Shown: positions 30,515-41,994 of the stretch, one piece after another
Position numbering within the stretch: position 1 is the first letter of the stretch
Layout: every line of letters begins with the position of its first letter
Source of the DNA: Eledone cirrhosa
Lineage: Eukaryota
DNA length: 64,000 bases
Assembly: GCA_964016885.1 (NCBI GenBank)
Contig: OZ024743.1
Location: 94,116,001 to 94,180,000, forward strand
Reading direction: 5' to 3'
Position numbers and translations under genes: made by a program
Notes under the pieces: model-generated
What the model was told of the DNA's origin: nothing
Seen by the model: only the letters and a program-made list of their open reading frames with translations
Databases searched by the model: none

Positions 30515-30877
30515 TTAACCCTTTCAAGATCATATTTCTAATGAAATACAATCTATTTCAATTAATTAATGAAGAATTTTGAGAGGTCTGTAAAATTATT
30601 CATTATTTCATTACTAAGATAGCAACTTAATGTAAGGCTCTTATATAAAATTATGTTGCAAAATTTTAACTTAAATTGGGAATCTTTAAAATGGGTGACT
30701 TTATTACATAGAAAACGAGCCGGTTTTGGCCGGGTTGGTAAGATAATAACAGTATGTAAGGTTCTTACATAAAATTATGTTGGAAGATTTTGATTTAAAT
30801 TGGAAACGATTAAAAAGGGTAGTTTTATTCCAGAGAACCAGAGCCGGTTTTGGCCAGTTTGGTAGTAAAAGGGTCAA
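30515..30877. mobile_element. piggyBac-like MITE
   Basis: TTAACCCTTT...AAAAGGGTCAA termini; internal sequence similar to 15330-15907, with a duplicated 3' part. Confidence 0.55.
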
Positions 30878-30886
30878 AACACTTAC

Positions 30887-30942
30887 TTTTGGTTTTCTCC
30901 AGCTTTTTCTTCTTAGCCAACAGCTTCATCTTCTTTTTTTGT
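30887..30942 (-). CDS. PRKRIP1: PRKRIP1 homolog, exon 5: (R)QKKKMKLLAKKKKLEKTK
   Basis: Acceptor tttttatcag, donor gtaagt; phases 2/1 consistent; basic NLS-like segment. Confidence 0.9.
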
Positions 30943-31080
30943 CTGATAAAAAAGATAGGGAATACGAAGAGGTGGTTCACATACAAACAGATAATGATTC
31001 ATTATATTGACATAAAATCTGAAATTTTTTAGGACAGGGGCAATGAGAAATGGTGGTTTTCCTTAAGTTGTTATCCATCC

Positions 31081-31460
31081 TCATCATCATTTTATCTGTT
31101 TTCCATTCTGGCATAGGTTGAACAGGCTGTCATGTTCTGAGACAAGACAGGTCAGACGACCATCTCTTGTTCATACTCTCCATTTTGGCAGTGTTTCTAC
31201 AGCTGGATGCTCTTCCAACTATTTTACAGTGATTACTTAATGCATGTTATCATGATATCAGCACTCCTAATTAACAGAGTGTACAGGGTATGTTTACTGT
31301 GGCACCAGCAATACCACTTTACTGAGTGTAATGGGTGCATTATATTGTGGCACCATCACTATGACTTTACAGAGTGTATTGAGTATATTTTATTGTAGCA
31401 CCAGCACTAACACTTTATAGAGTGTACTAGGTGCATTTTATTGTGGCACCAGCACTTACA
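31081..31460 (-). mobile_element. Cephalopod-type SINE, degenerate, with internal repeats
   Basis: catcatcat tail, gtttctacagctggatgctcttcc, and repeated gtggcaccagcac..actttacagagtgta units. Confidence 0.55.
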
Positions 31461-31745
31461 GAGGATACTGGATCTACACACACTCATATACACATGATGA
31501 GCTTCTGTACAGTTTCTATCAACCACATTAACTCACAAGGCTCAGTAAAAAACACTTGCCTAAGGTGCTACTCAGTGAGATAAAACTTGAAACAATGACT
31601 AAAGAATCCTTTTGACCCAATGGGGTCTCCACTATCTAACAGCCTGGACAGGGTACTTTTTATCATAGAAACCAGCATAACTACTTTACATAAATAAAGC
31701 ATGGAAAAGCAGAAGTAAAAACAATGATGATGACATAAATTTTAC

Positions 31746-31831
31746 CTTTTGGCTCTCTTTTTACTAGTACGTTCTTCTGCAGCTTTCTGGTTCTCTAGAA
31801 CCTTCTTGTGGTAAATCTCATCCAGGCTGTC
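31746..31831 (-). CDS. PRKRIP1: PRKRIP1 homolog, exon 4: DSLDEIYHKKVLENQKAAEERTSKKRAK
   Basis: AG acceptor, GT donor; matches the conserved coiled-coil motif AAEERTAKKRAKR. Confidence 0.92.
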
Positions 31832-32387
31832 CTTTATAATAATATACAAAAATATCATCAAATAGTACACTTGTACAAAAATACCTCAATATCTTTCACT
31901 ATTTCTCTGATTACTTCAATATTAATATTTCTGTTAAGTGGTTGGTGATAGGAAGGGCATCCAGCCATTGAAAACTTGCCAAAGGGGCAGGAGGAGTTTT
32001 CAGTTGTGTCAAAGACATGATAATAAAATACACTTAATAAAATCTGTAGAGTGCAGGAATGTAAGAGAAATGTGGCGCTGAGAGATCAGTAGCTTAAACT
32101 TAGTACTAATTTGGTCTGTAGCGACCAATCCAAATCTTCTAAGGAGAGAAAACAGACATTAAATAAGAATGATATTAATCTATGAATAAATTACTGTGTT
32201 AGTAGTATTTATTTTGAATGCTATGATATACTACAGAATAAGCCTATAGATTTAAAGCAACACTGTATGTATAAATCATTTTAAATGAATTAAATACACT
32301 GGATACTACTCCTACCCTATACTTCCACTCCCATCAACAGCACGAGAAAATGAGATCGAGTTCGTGTAGGTGTCACGACAAAACACA

Positions 32388-32598
32388 CACAGTCCATGCT
32401 GTAATGTGGCCGTGTAGGTAACACGGTAAAAAGTTCCCAGTTCCACACTGTAAATGTGGTTGGTGTTAGGAAGGGCATCCAGCTGTAGAAAACCTGCCAG
32501 ATAGTCCTATATGAGCAAGACACGGTCACCCAACCAACCTTGCCTCAAGTGGGACAACTCCCGTTTAACCCACGCTAGCGTGGAAAATGGACATTAAA
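32388..32598 (+). mobile_element. Cephalopod-type SINE
   Basis: Near-identical to 25838-26046. Confidence 0.8.
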
Positions 32599-33404
32599 CA
32601 GTTGTAAATAACCCTCTTTGTTTATAGAGTTTCACAGTGGACAGAAAAATAAGAATCAGCTAAACTAGAATTTCAACGGTCTTTACAATTTTATCAGCAA
32701 TCATTTATTCTACTCTAGTTATATACTATAACGCCACCAAGTGGCAGAATCATTAAAATGTCTGATAGAGCATTTCACAGCATTTGTTCTGGATTTTGAT
32801 CTCTGAGTTCAAATCCCAACCGAGGCCAACTTTGCCTTTCATCCTTTCGAGGTCAAAAATATACCAGTCAAGGATGGATCAATTTTTCTTTCTTTCTGGG
32901 ATGTACTGTGCCAGGTATAGATGCCCAGGATATGCCATATACCATGACAGCAGCCATCATCTGGATTTAAGAACTCATAGATAGAGTTGTATACCATCAA
33001 TCTCAGTAAGCCTGCAAAAGTCATGGTCACAGTCATCCCCACCTGACTAAAGTTAAAAAAGTTTAAGTCCTTTTTGAGCCTAGAGGCTCATCATGCTAGA
33101 GCTTATTTCAGTTTCACGTGGTTTTCAGCAACAAGGTATACAAAATTCCACCTTGGACAGGATACCTGGCCATCACAGGATTAACATCTAGCTGATGTTG
33201 CTATTCAATTTATCAGTTGCTGGACTGGAGTAATATAAAATGAAATGCTTTATTTAAGGACACAAAGCACTACCCAGCCCGAGCATCAAAACTATTATCT
33301 TTTAAATTGTGATCATTAATCTGTGTTCCTTCATTCTTCATTAAAACATTAACCATTTTGTTACCATATTTCTAATGCAGGACAGCCTATGATTTTGAAT
33401 TCTT

Positions 33405-33770
33405 CTTCTTCCCATTCCTGAGAGGGTCATGGGAGCAGAGTCCTCAAACACTCATTCCAGCAGGTCCTCTCAGAAGCAACCATCTCCAATAGATCCAGCT
33501 GGATCCTCAAGCAAGACCAGCCAAGCTTATGGATTTTTTTAACCATCTTACTCGGGGTCTCCTGCTAGTTGGTTTTGGCCCTAATTCTGTCTAGCGATTC
33601 TTTCCTGAGACATTCTACCCACATGTCCGTAGTATCAGAGAAGTAGTGGCTCTACCTGGAGTGACTCTGATCTCCGAGCTACATACTCTATCGAGTAAAA
33701 TTACTCCAAAGAAACTTTGGAGGAACCCCATTTCGGCCACTTGTATTTGTGATTGCAATTTCAATTCTGA
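33405..33770 (-). mobile_element. RTE (Expander-like) LINE 3' fragment, nested in a piggyBac-like MITE (~33349-34239)
   Basis: IQVAEMGFL...LLDRVCSSEIR; homologous, in opposite orientation, to 36635-36990. Confidence 0.7.
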
Positions 33771-34403
33771 AAATAAGCAAGAATTTAGAGGGATCTTGTA
33801 ATATAACTTTCTCGTCGTTAAGCTAGTATTTGCCATGGTTCTTACATAAAATTATAATAGAGCGTCTTTAAAATAAATGATGATGATGATGATGAAAGTG
33901 CAAGGAGGAGCCTTCAACCATTCAAAGACATAACTACCATACTGCTAGTGTCAAGATTGTTTAAGTAAGTGAGATGCAGACTCTCCAGCCTGTACGAGAG
34001 GTCAGTAGCCCTACTTGAGTACTGACCCTTGCTAGCAGGGAAAATGGACATTAAATGATGATAATGAGTTTTGCCCTTCAGTCTAGTAAGGCAACCTTTC
34101 TAGTGCTGCACAAATGGTGCACCCAACCCATGCTGTAAAGTGGTTGGTGATAGCAAGGACATCCAACCAGTAAAAAAATGCCAAAACTAAGCAAAAAAAA
34201 CCAAGGGCAGTTTCAGGTGGTTTGGTATCAAAAGGGTTACAGATCAGTAAGATCAGTATTAATGATATAGATTATTTCCTATGATATGGCACACTATTTA
34301 TGTGACACATTGGTTATGGTCTCTCTAATTTCTGCAACAAAGGGTTCAATTATAAACATAGGCAGATAGCAGATACAACCATAAATGAAGGCAACAAACT
34401 TAC

Positions 34404-34504
34404 TTTTTCAGCTTTTTCACCAATGAACTTCTGACGGGCATATTCACGTCGACGTACCCCTCGATACACATGAAAGTCACCACTGCCAGCACCTGCGCTT
34501 GAAC
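34404..34504 (-). CDS. PRKRIP1: PRKRIP1 homolog, exon 3: (G)[33 protein letters not shown]
   Basis: Carries the diagnostic GSSAGAGSG(E/D)FHVYR..RRREY.R motif of PRKRIP1/DUF1168; canonical splice sites. Confidence 0.97.
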
Positions 34505-34790
34505 CTAAATATAAACACATTTATTTAGAATATTTAAGCAAGAAACATGTATAACTGAAGAAAGAAAAATTTAAACCAAACTAAGAACGGGTCTCTGCTA
34601 GTTTCGATGATGAATACCCCAGTTTGTTAATCAATGCAACATGCTTGTGAAATTAACATATCTAAACAAAGGTTGTTAGATAAAATTACAATGGAAGGTT
34701 TTTAAATAAATATAAACACTTTAAAACAAACAGTTTTGTATCACAGAACTAGGGTAAAAAAAAATAAAAAGATAAATAAATAGAACTCAC

Positions 34791-34869
34791 CCCAAACATT
34801 TCTAATAAACTCTGGAGGTAATTTTGGCACCCATTCCTTAGAAGATTCTGGAATAATTATTTCTTTTTC
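34791..34869 (-). CDS. PRKRIP1: PRKRIP1 homolog, exon 2: EKEIIIPESSKEWVPKLPPEFIRNVW
   Basis: Acceptor tttcag, donor gtgagt; PPEF(V/I)R.V.G motif. Confidence 0.95.
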
Positions 34870-35124
34870 CTGAAATGTAAATTTGATACTTTACAATGAA
34901 ATAGCATAAAACATTTAGTGTATCAGTGGCTCTTGGAGTAACATTCAATTCTCACCAAACCAACATAGTTTATTTCAATTGTCAGTTGTTAAAACACATC
35001 TAGCCTCCTACGAAGTTGCTTTTCGTAGGTTTCTTGGGTGTTTTAACCCAACGTCTTGTACCACATTAGTCAAGACATTCTGAAAATTACTAAACAATAC
35101 TGGGAACTCTCAAACAATTATTTT

Positions 35125-35497
35125 TTCGAGACGTTTGGTGGCATTGGGCCGCTGACAGCGAAGTCCTTGTCATCATTGGCGGCTCGCCTTACCGAGGTGT
35201 TAGGTGATGCCTGGTTGTTTCAGCGCCTTAGCCTCACCATCAATCGCAATAATACTGCCGTGTTGGCTTGCCTCCAAAATTTCTGTTGACTGTTGTGATG
35301 TGCGACCGATTGTCGCACTTGATGGTCGTTTTTGTCCTCCCCATCCGCCTTTTTTTTTCTTTCTCTCTCTTTGATCGTATATTTTGGTGTGTTGTATTTG
35401 TAAAGTTCCTAGCAATAGTTAATTGTATTTATTATGTGTTTATATTTTCATTCCGAAAGAATTGTGAACAATTTGTAATATTATTGTGAATAAAAGA
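35125..35497 (+). mobile_element. CRE-type (RLE) non-LTR retrotransposon 3' end in PRKRIP1 intron 1
   Basis: FETFGGIGP...WLFQRLSLTINRNN..VL stop, then a 3'UTR with AATAAA; homologous to the FETFGGVGP end of the 41995-43665 element. Confidence 0.75.
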
Positions 35498-36053
35498 AGA
35501 CATATTTGAACATCATATCATGACTTCATCGCATTAAATATTAAAATCTCTACGCTAAGATTGCAAATTTTCACAACGATCTGTCCACTAGTAAAGATAC
35601 TTTTAATATTTGAATTAACAAACACGTTTAAAAATCTGCGAAATTACTGGCCCTATGTTCCCGATAACAGGCCTTCGTTCGTAATAGGTGCAGATCATGC
35701 TTAAAAAAACGACGTTAACTCAAAGGAAACTTGGACTGTTCTAAAGTAACTAAAGTTTTTTTTTTTTTTCATTTTAAGTCTCTTCTAAGCATCACTGTAC
35801 ATAACGCGATTGATCCGTATATGTAAATTTCGAATGATTTATTAGTAAAAGAATATACCTTTAATTAATATTAATGAAAGTAAAATTAAATTATAATTAA
35901 TAATAATCTTTAAAAAAGAAATGATTGTAATTGATTTAAATGAATGCGAAACGAAATTATGTTTGATGTCTTATGCATTTCATTAATCATGGAGATTTGC
36001 CAAATTTCTGTGATAATTAAAAAGAAACATAGCCAAGTGCATACACCACTTAC

Positions 36054-36137
36054 AGGGTGTTTCATAAGCTTCTCAAGTTTAATTTTCTGTAATTCAGTCG
36101 CCGTCCTTGGAACAACAACATTACTATCGTCAGACAT
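36054..36137 (-). CDS. PRKRIP1: PRKRIP1 homolog, first coding exon: MSDDSNVVVPRTATELQKIKLEKLMKHP
   Basis: ATG at 36137, donor gtaagt; conserved Q..KLE.LM..P. Spliced CDS is 84+79+101+86+56+65 = 471 nt = 156 aa + stop. Confidence 0.93.
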
Positions 36138-36634
36138 ATTGGTATCCAAAAAAACACCAATACCGCACTGAATAGTTTTACTCAGCAGCGAATAACATTT
36201 TAAAAATAAATTTAATTAAAAATAGTTTTTCAGTAAAATGTTTGATTGATATAATTTATATTTAGAGTAATTCAATATATTATTTAAGAGATAATTTTCA
36301 GTTTTGGATGACCAAAACTTTTATGTGGAAAAAAAAAAGCTGGAAATGTCGTTTTCCCCTTTCCATTTCTTTCGTTGCATAATTTCTTTTTCTTCTTTCC
36401 CTTTCTCTTTTTCGTTTCTTTATTGACATTTATAGTGTACAGTTTGCATCACATTTTTTCTAAGTTTAATAAAATTCAGCGGTGTGATTAAAAAGGAAAC
36501 CTACTATATTGTGAAATGTCAAAAATAGTTTGATTTTCTTGAAACCCCCTGAAACGAGTGGATTTGTTTTAGCATGGATTTTTTCTTCTCTGCTCCCACC
36601 TCTTATTTTGGGACAGCAATGACAAAAACTTTTA

Positions 36635-36995
36635 GAATACAGGCGGCCGAAATGGGGTTCCTCCGAGGAGATCTTTGGAGTAACGTTACCCGATAGAGTG
36701 TGTAGCTCGGGGATCAGAGAATCGCTCCAGGTAGAGCCGCTACTTCTCCGAATTAGGAGATCACAGCTCTGATACTACGGACATGTGGTTAGAATGTCTC
36801 AGGAAAACATCGCTGGACAGATTTTACGGGTAAAACTAACCGTCGGGAGACCCAGGGCAAGATAGTTTGATACCATCGATGAGCTTGGCTAGTCTCGCTT
36901 GGTGATCCAGCCGGATCAGTTGGAGATGGTTGCTTCTGACAGTACCCACTGGAAGGAGTGTTTGCGGACTCTACCCCCATGACCTTCTTAGGAAT
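36635..36995 (+). mobile_element. RTE (Expander-like) LINE 3' fragment just upstream of PRKRIP1
   Basis: IQAAEMGFLR...DRVCSSGIRESLQVEPLLLRIRRSQL..YGHVVRMSQE; AAG-rich tail. Confidence 0.75.
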
Positions 36996-37147
36996 AAATG
37001 GGCGAAGAAGCAGAAAGAAAGAAAGAAAGATATCGGTGATGGGGAGAAGATATGCACACTTATATATATGCTAGAGCAGGTAGTGTTGGTGTCTGCAATC
37101 TTAAACATTATAAAACATTGATAGTTTAGTGAAATTGGCCATAGGGT

Positions 37148-37435
37148 TGTAGCAAGAGTTGCCTCCCTTGTTGTGACGAGCACATCACCAATAGAGTAAC
37201 GCGCTCTAGACAGGAAGTAGCTGGAGTTGCTTCCCGTTGGGGTGACAGAGCCCTTTTCGTCACTTCCGTTCCAGCATCTTTAAAGGAAATAACTTCCAGC
37301 TCCCTAACTCTCATTTGCCCTTTCGGCTCCTGGCCTTCGGCCAGGCGCGTTCGCCTGACAACCAAACGGTAATAATAACTTTGCTTCATTCTTTCATCTA
37401 TTCATTGACATGTTAACTATACTGTTCTATGTAGT
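37148..37435 (+). mobile_element. Truncated family-B LTR inserted in opposite orientation inside the 3' LTR of element A
   Basis: Starts TGTAGCAAGAGTTGCCTCCC, homologous to the reverse complement of 39287-39675; absent from A's other LTR. Confidence 0.85.
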
Positions 37436-37982
37436 TATTTACTCCAGTAAATACCACTACATGCCAACCACTAATTTAATTTGTTTAGAAGATGTAAAAG
37501 AAATGACGATCTAGTAATTGAAACATGACGAATACTTCGGAAAAGAGTATCAGTAACGATTTGCATTTATTGAAGTAGCTTGTTACAATTTTGGTAGTGA
37601 AACGTACCTCGTGCCATGATGTGGTGTAATCCTGAGGTATAGGATAGGATTAGAAAACGTTTAGCATCTGTGCTTGGTGTGGTCAGTTCTAGAGCCGTTG
37701 GTGAAAGAGAGTATACCTTTTGGCGTAACCATGCCTGGCCTTAAGTCAGGCGGCCAAGAGGTGAAGAAGAGGTAGATTGTCCTTTGCTTCTTCTTTTATA
37801 ATCTCTGAAACGGAAGTTCAAGGAATATTCTAGAAATTCTACGAGAAGTAACTTTGGCTACTTTCCTTTGTCTAGAGAGCGCTACAAGACTCCCCTCTCA
37901 GACGAGAAGTCGAATAACCAGCCGAAGGTCATTGTAGCGTGAACCCGTAAGAAATGAGGAGCAAAGCAAAGGTACAAGAAGG

Positions 37983-39675
37983 TATAACAGAGACACTGGA
38001 TTGTGTGTACAATGTTTATTTAACAAGGTTGAGCTATATAGAGCAGAATAGTTGACATGCCAAGAGAGATGAAAGGATGAATTAAAGTTAGTTGCTTACC
38101 GTTTTGAAGTCAGCGAGCAAGAGACCAAGAGGTCTTTACATTACCATGCTCAAACATAGTTATTGAAAAAAAAAAAAGTTCAAATATTCAAAAATAAAGT
38201 TAACATGACAGCAAGAAAGAGAGTGTGTCACCAAGAGAATATATGCAGGTGGTTTCTGGATTGTGGTACAACGTGAAATTCCCAACCTCCGAAGGCGGTG
38301 GGATTTTCTCACAGGAAGAGTGCTGCAAAAATAAATTCTCTGTATTTTGTTCTGCTGGTTTTGGTTGTTGATAAAGCAAAGATGAAGCTATGTTGTTCTT
38401 GTCTCGCGGAGTGAGCCTATTCGATATTGTTTCCATTCACAGTAAAAAGTTTCCCAGAAAAAATGAGTTGCGCAAAGTGCTAGAAATAACAGCCAAAGTT
38501 GTTGGTCGATGTTGAGAACGCGTTGACCTGAAAGGGTCAAGAGGCCAGCGACAATAGAAATAAGCATTCAAAATAAATGCGCAGTTTTCAACGGCAAATT
38601 TACGTGGCAAATTTTTAAACTAGCAAATAGGAGAATATAGCTTAAGGCTGGAGAATCCTTGGCAAAAAACATTATCTATGGCGTGTGTTATCTCAGTGAG
38701 TCGAGATATGAGCTCCCACACGTGCCGAAACAAGGTTAAAGTCAAGTTGAAAGAAATGGCGCGAAAATGATAGTGCAACAGATCGTTGGCAGCCATTTTG
38801 AAAAATTTGTGTGTGAACGTGATATGATGCAAAAGAAGGAAAGGCTATATTCACTTTGTATATGGCGAGAGTTCAATTTTTTGTTTTTGAAAGTGATGAA
38901 AAAGTAGCGAAAAAGGCTTAGTTAAATGAGTAAGCGAGCTGTGATGCTCATCAAAATTGACATGTTGAATATAAGAATACAGGAGTCCAAGTCTTTTTGA
39001 GTGTTCGTTGTGAGACGGAAGAAGGATATATCCAGTGATTGAAACACATTTAAACGATGTAAACACGTGAGGTGAAAAGCAAAATTTTTTCTTGTTTGTT
39101 TGCTGCTGAGGAAAAGATTACTTATATTTTTCGTTGTAGACAAAATCCATGTGGAATGTTGTAGAAAAAATCCACGTGGAATGTTGTTAGAGGAATTTTT
39201 TCTTTTTGAAATACTGCTAATTAATTTTCTTTTTTTCATATTCACACAATACTACTGCCTATTATTTTTTTCTCGGGGTCACCAATTATAACAGGATGAC
39301 TGGGTTGTATGTATAATGTTTATTTAACAAGGTTGAGCTATATAGAGCAGAATAGTTGACATGCTAAGAGAGATGAAAGGATGAATTAAAGTTAGTTGTT
39401 TACCGTTTTGAAGTCAGCGCGCAAGAGACCAAGAGGTCTTTACATTACCATGTTCAGGTTGCCAGAGAGTATACCCTCAGCGGAACGCGCCTGGCCGAAG
39501 GCCAGGCAGGTTAAAAGAGAGGGAGATAGCTTTCAGCTCTCTCCTTTATAGGGTCCTTGGACGGAAGTTACTAAGAAGGTTCTGCCACCTTAACGGGAAG
39601 TAACTCCAGCTACCTCTGTCTAGAGGCGCTACTGGTGATGTGATCGTCATAACAAGGGAGGCAACTCTTGCTACA
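37983..39675 (-). mobile_element. Nested non-coding LTR element B (TRIM/LARD-like), TSD AAGG
   Basis: AAGG at 37979-37982 and 39676-39679. Full 5' LTR 39287-39675, PBS TGGTGACCCCGAG at 39272-39284, partial 3' LTR 37983-38152. No recognisable coding sequence inside. Confidence 0.85.
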
Positions 39676-40190
39676 AAGGTACACGAATAAAACATAAGCT
39701 CGCAACTGAAGCAAATAGCAAAAAAAAAAAAAGCACGAAACAAGTAAATGCATTTGATAAAGAAAAAATTTAAATGTAACAAAACTGATAATTCAAAGTG
39801 TTTAGACCAGAAGGGTGAAAAATAAGAAAAAGTGAATTCGGACACGTCACCAGTGTGAAAACGCAGAAAAAGAGCACATCAATCAAAAAAATGAATGAAT
39901 GCAAGAAGAAAATTATGAATGAGGCGCTAAGGGGCCAGTGTTATGTATGCCGCTGTGTCAAATGACTGGCTGTTTGCTATTTATAATATGACCACCCAGG
40001 GTCTAATAGAAAACAAATAAGGTCTGACATGGGCGAAAATGTGCAAAATGTTTTCAAAGTTGCTGTTCTTGCATTAATTGTTATAAAAGTTGTTGTTGTT
40101 GGTGACGGTAAATGTATGAAACTACCACTTCTGTTATGTTGCTGTGAAATCGCCGTTGGTGTTGTGGCTGTAGTTGTTGTGGTAAATGTT

Positions 40191-40941
40191 TTACCAGTAG
40201 CTGTTGTTGATGAAGATGCTGTTCATGTCCAACGATTCCAAGCTTGGTTGGTCAGTTGCAATGGCAACTAAATCGATATGTGCAGGAGACGGAAGAGAAC
40301 ACACAGAAAGTCGAGATAGTGCGTCCGCAGGTATGTTGGAAGTTCCAGCTATGTGACGAATATCACTGGTATACTGTGAGATGAGATCCAGATGCCTATA
40401 CGCTCTCGGAGAGTACTTGTCGGACTTAGATTGTAAAGCGAACGTTAACGGTTTGTGGTCCGTGAATATCGTGAACTCCCGCCCCTCCAAAAGGTGGTGG
40501 AATTGCTTCACGGCAAGATAAATCGCCAACAGTTCTCTGTCAAAGGTGCTGTATCTCTGTTCTGCTGGTTTTAATTGCCGAGAGAAAAATGCCAATGGTT
40601 GAACTTGGTGATCGATTATATGATGCAAAACTGCGCCAACAGCACGATCAGATGCATCAACAGATAAGGCAAGTCTCGCATTTGCAACAGGATGGGCAAG
40701 GAAGGAAACTTTAGCAAGCTCAGACTTGACGGATTTAAAAAACTGCAATGCATCGGCAGAAAGTGAAATTTTTTTCATCTTTCTTTTTTACAGCCCTTAA
40801 AAACTGTGTCAAGGGGAATAACTTGTCCGCACAGTTAAGAATAAAGCGACGATAAAAGTTAATTAATCCCAAGAAATGGCGTAATTGTTTCAAGGAGGTT
40901 GGTGGTGCTAATTGCTGAATCGCCTCTACTTTAGCTGGCAA
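40191..40941 (-). pseudogene. Gypsy pol fragment (RT thumb + RNase H), frameshifted
   Basis: LRHFLGLINFYRRFI; LSVDASDRAVGAVL; PLAFFSRQLKPAEQRYSTFDRELLAIY; FTDHKPL; NIPADALSR. Confidence 0.95.
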
Positions 40942-41994
40942 TCTGGAAGAAGTGGTCTGGGTGAGCCAGTAGAAATATCGCAGAGAATTTTTCCTTCAGA
41001 AGATGGAAGAGGTAAATATTCCAATTTGCAGCAGGAGAACTGGTCAGAGGAAATGTCCAGCGAATCCAAAGTAGGTTGGTCAATGTTGAAGAAAAACAGT
41101 TGAGCGCAGTGATCTGAGTAAGTTCAGATAAGTTTCTTTTAAGTAGCTGACCGCAGAACGAACGTGCATTTTTTTTTTTCATTCTTCAGTTGGTGTTACT
41201 TTACGTTAGGGTCACCATTTTAGTGTTTGCTCGGGGTCACCATTTTAGTGTTGCTCGGGGTCACCAGTTTAGTGTAATTGGCCATAGGGTTATTTACTCC
41301 AGTAAATACCACTACATGCCAACCACTAATTTAATTTGTTTAGAAGATGTAAAAGAAATGACGATCTAGTAATTGAAACATGACGAATACTTCGGAAAAG
41401 TGTATCAGTAACGATTTGCATTTATTGAAGTAGCTTGTTACAATTTTGGTAGTGAAACGTACCTCGTGCCATGATGTGGTGTAATCCTGAGGGATAGGAT
41501 AGGATTAGAAAACGTTTAGCAACTGTGCTTGGTGTGGTCAGTTCTAGAGCCGTTGGTGAAAGAGAGTATACCTTTTGGCGTAACCATGCCTGGCCTTAAG
41601 TCAGGCGGCCAAGAGGTGAAGAAGAGGTAGATTGTCCTTTGCTTCTTCTTTTATAATCTCTGAAACGGAAGTTCAAGGAATATTCTAGAAATTCTACGAG
41701 AAGTAACTTTGGCTACTTTCCTTTGTCTAGAGAACGCTACAATAGTCAAGTTGTTTTAAAATTATGGTATTTAAAATGTTTTCTTACTCGATTTCAGTGG
41801 AAAAAAAATTCTTCCTCGTAGATTCTGGCAATCAAGTTTTTTTCCCCCGGAGAACGAAAGAGGTGGGTTGGCCTCACCCCCCCTCGAATATTTCCCTTCC
41901 TCGGAGTTTTGCCCCATGGATTTTTTGTCGCGTGTCATCAACGATTATGACCTCCAAGCCAGTCGGAAACGACTAGATTTGTAGAAAAGGGAGG

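Larger units (their letters stand above)
37125..41741 (-). mobile_element. Gypsy-type LTR retrotransposon A (internally deleted, non-autonomous), TSD ATAG
   Basis: ATAG at 37121-37124 and 41742-41745. 5' LTR 41268-41741; 3' LTR 37125-37885 with an insert. PBS TGGTGACCCCGAG follows the 5' LTR; PPT GAGAGGGGAG precedes the 3' LTR. RT-thumb/RNase H fragment at 40191-40941. Confidence 0.92.

Noticed and set aside
35910-36149. 79-aa ORF as a stand-alone gene
   Set aside because: Only 36137-36054 is coding (PRKRIP1 exon 1); the rest is intron after the GTAAGT donor.
37148-37885. Solo LTR bounded by TGTAGC...GCTACA
   Set aside because: The matching ends come from two different LTRs in opposite orientation; the TSD, PPT and sister LTR define 37125-37885 as A's 3' LTR with an insert.
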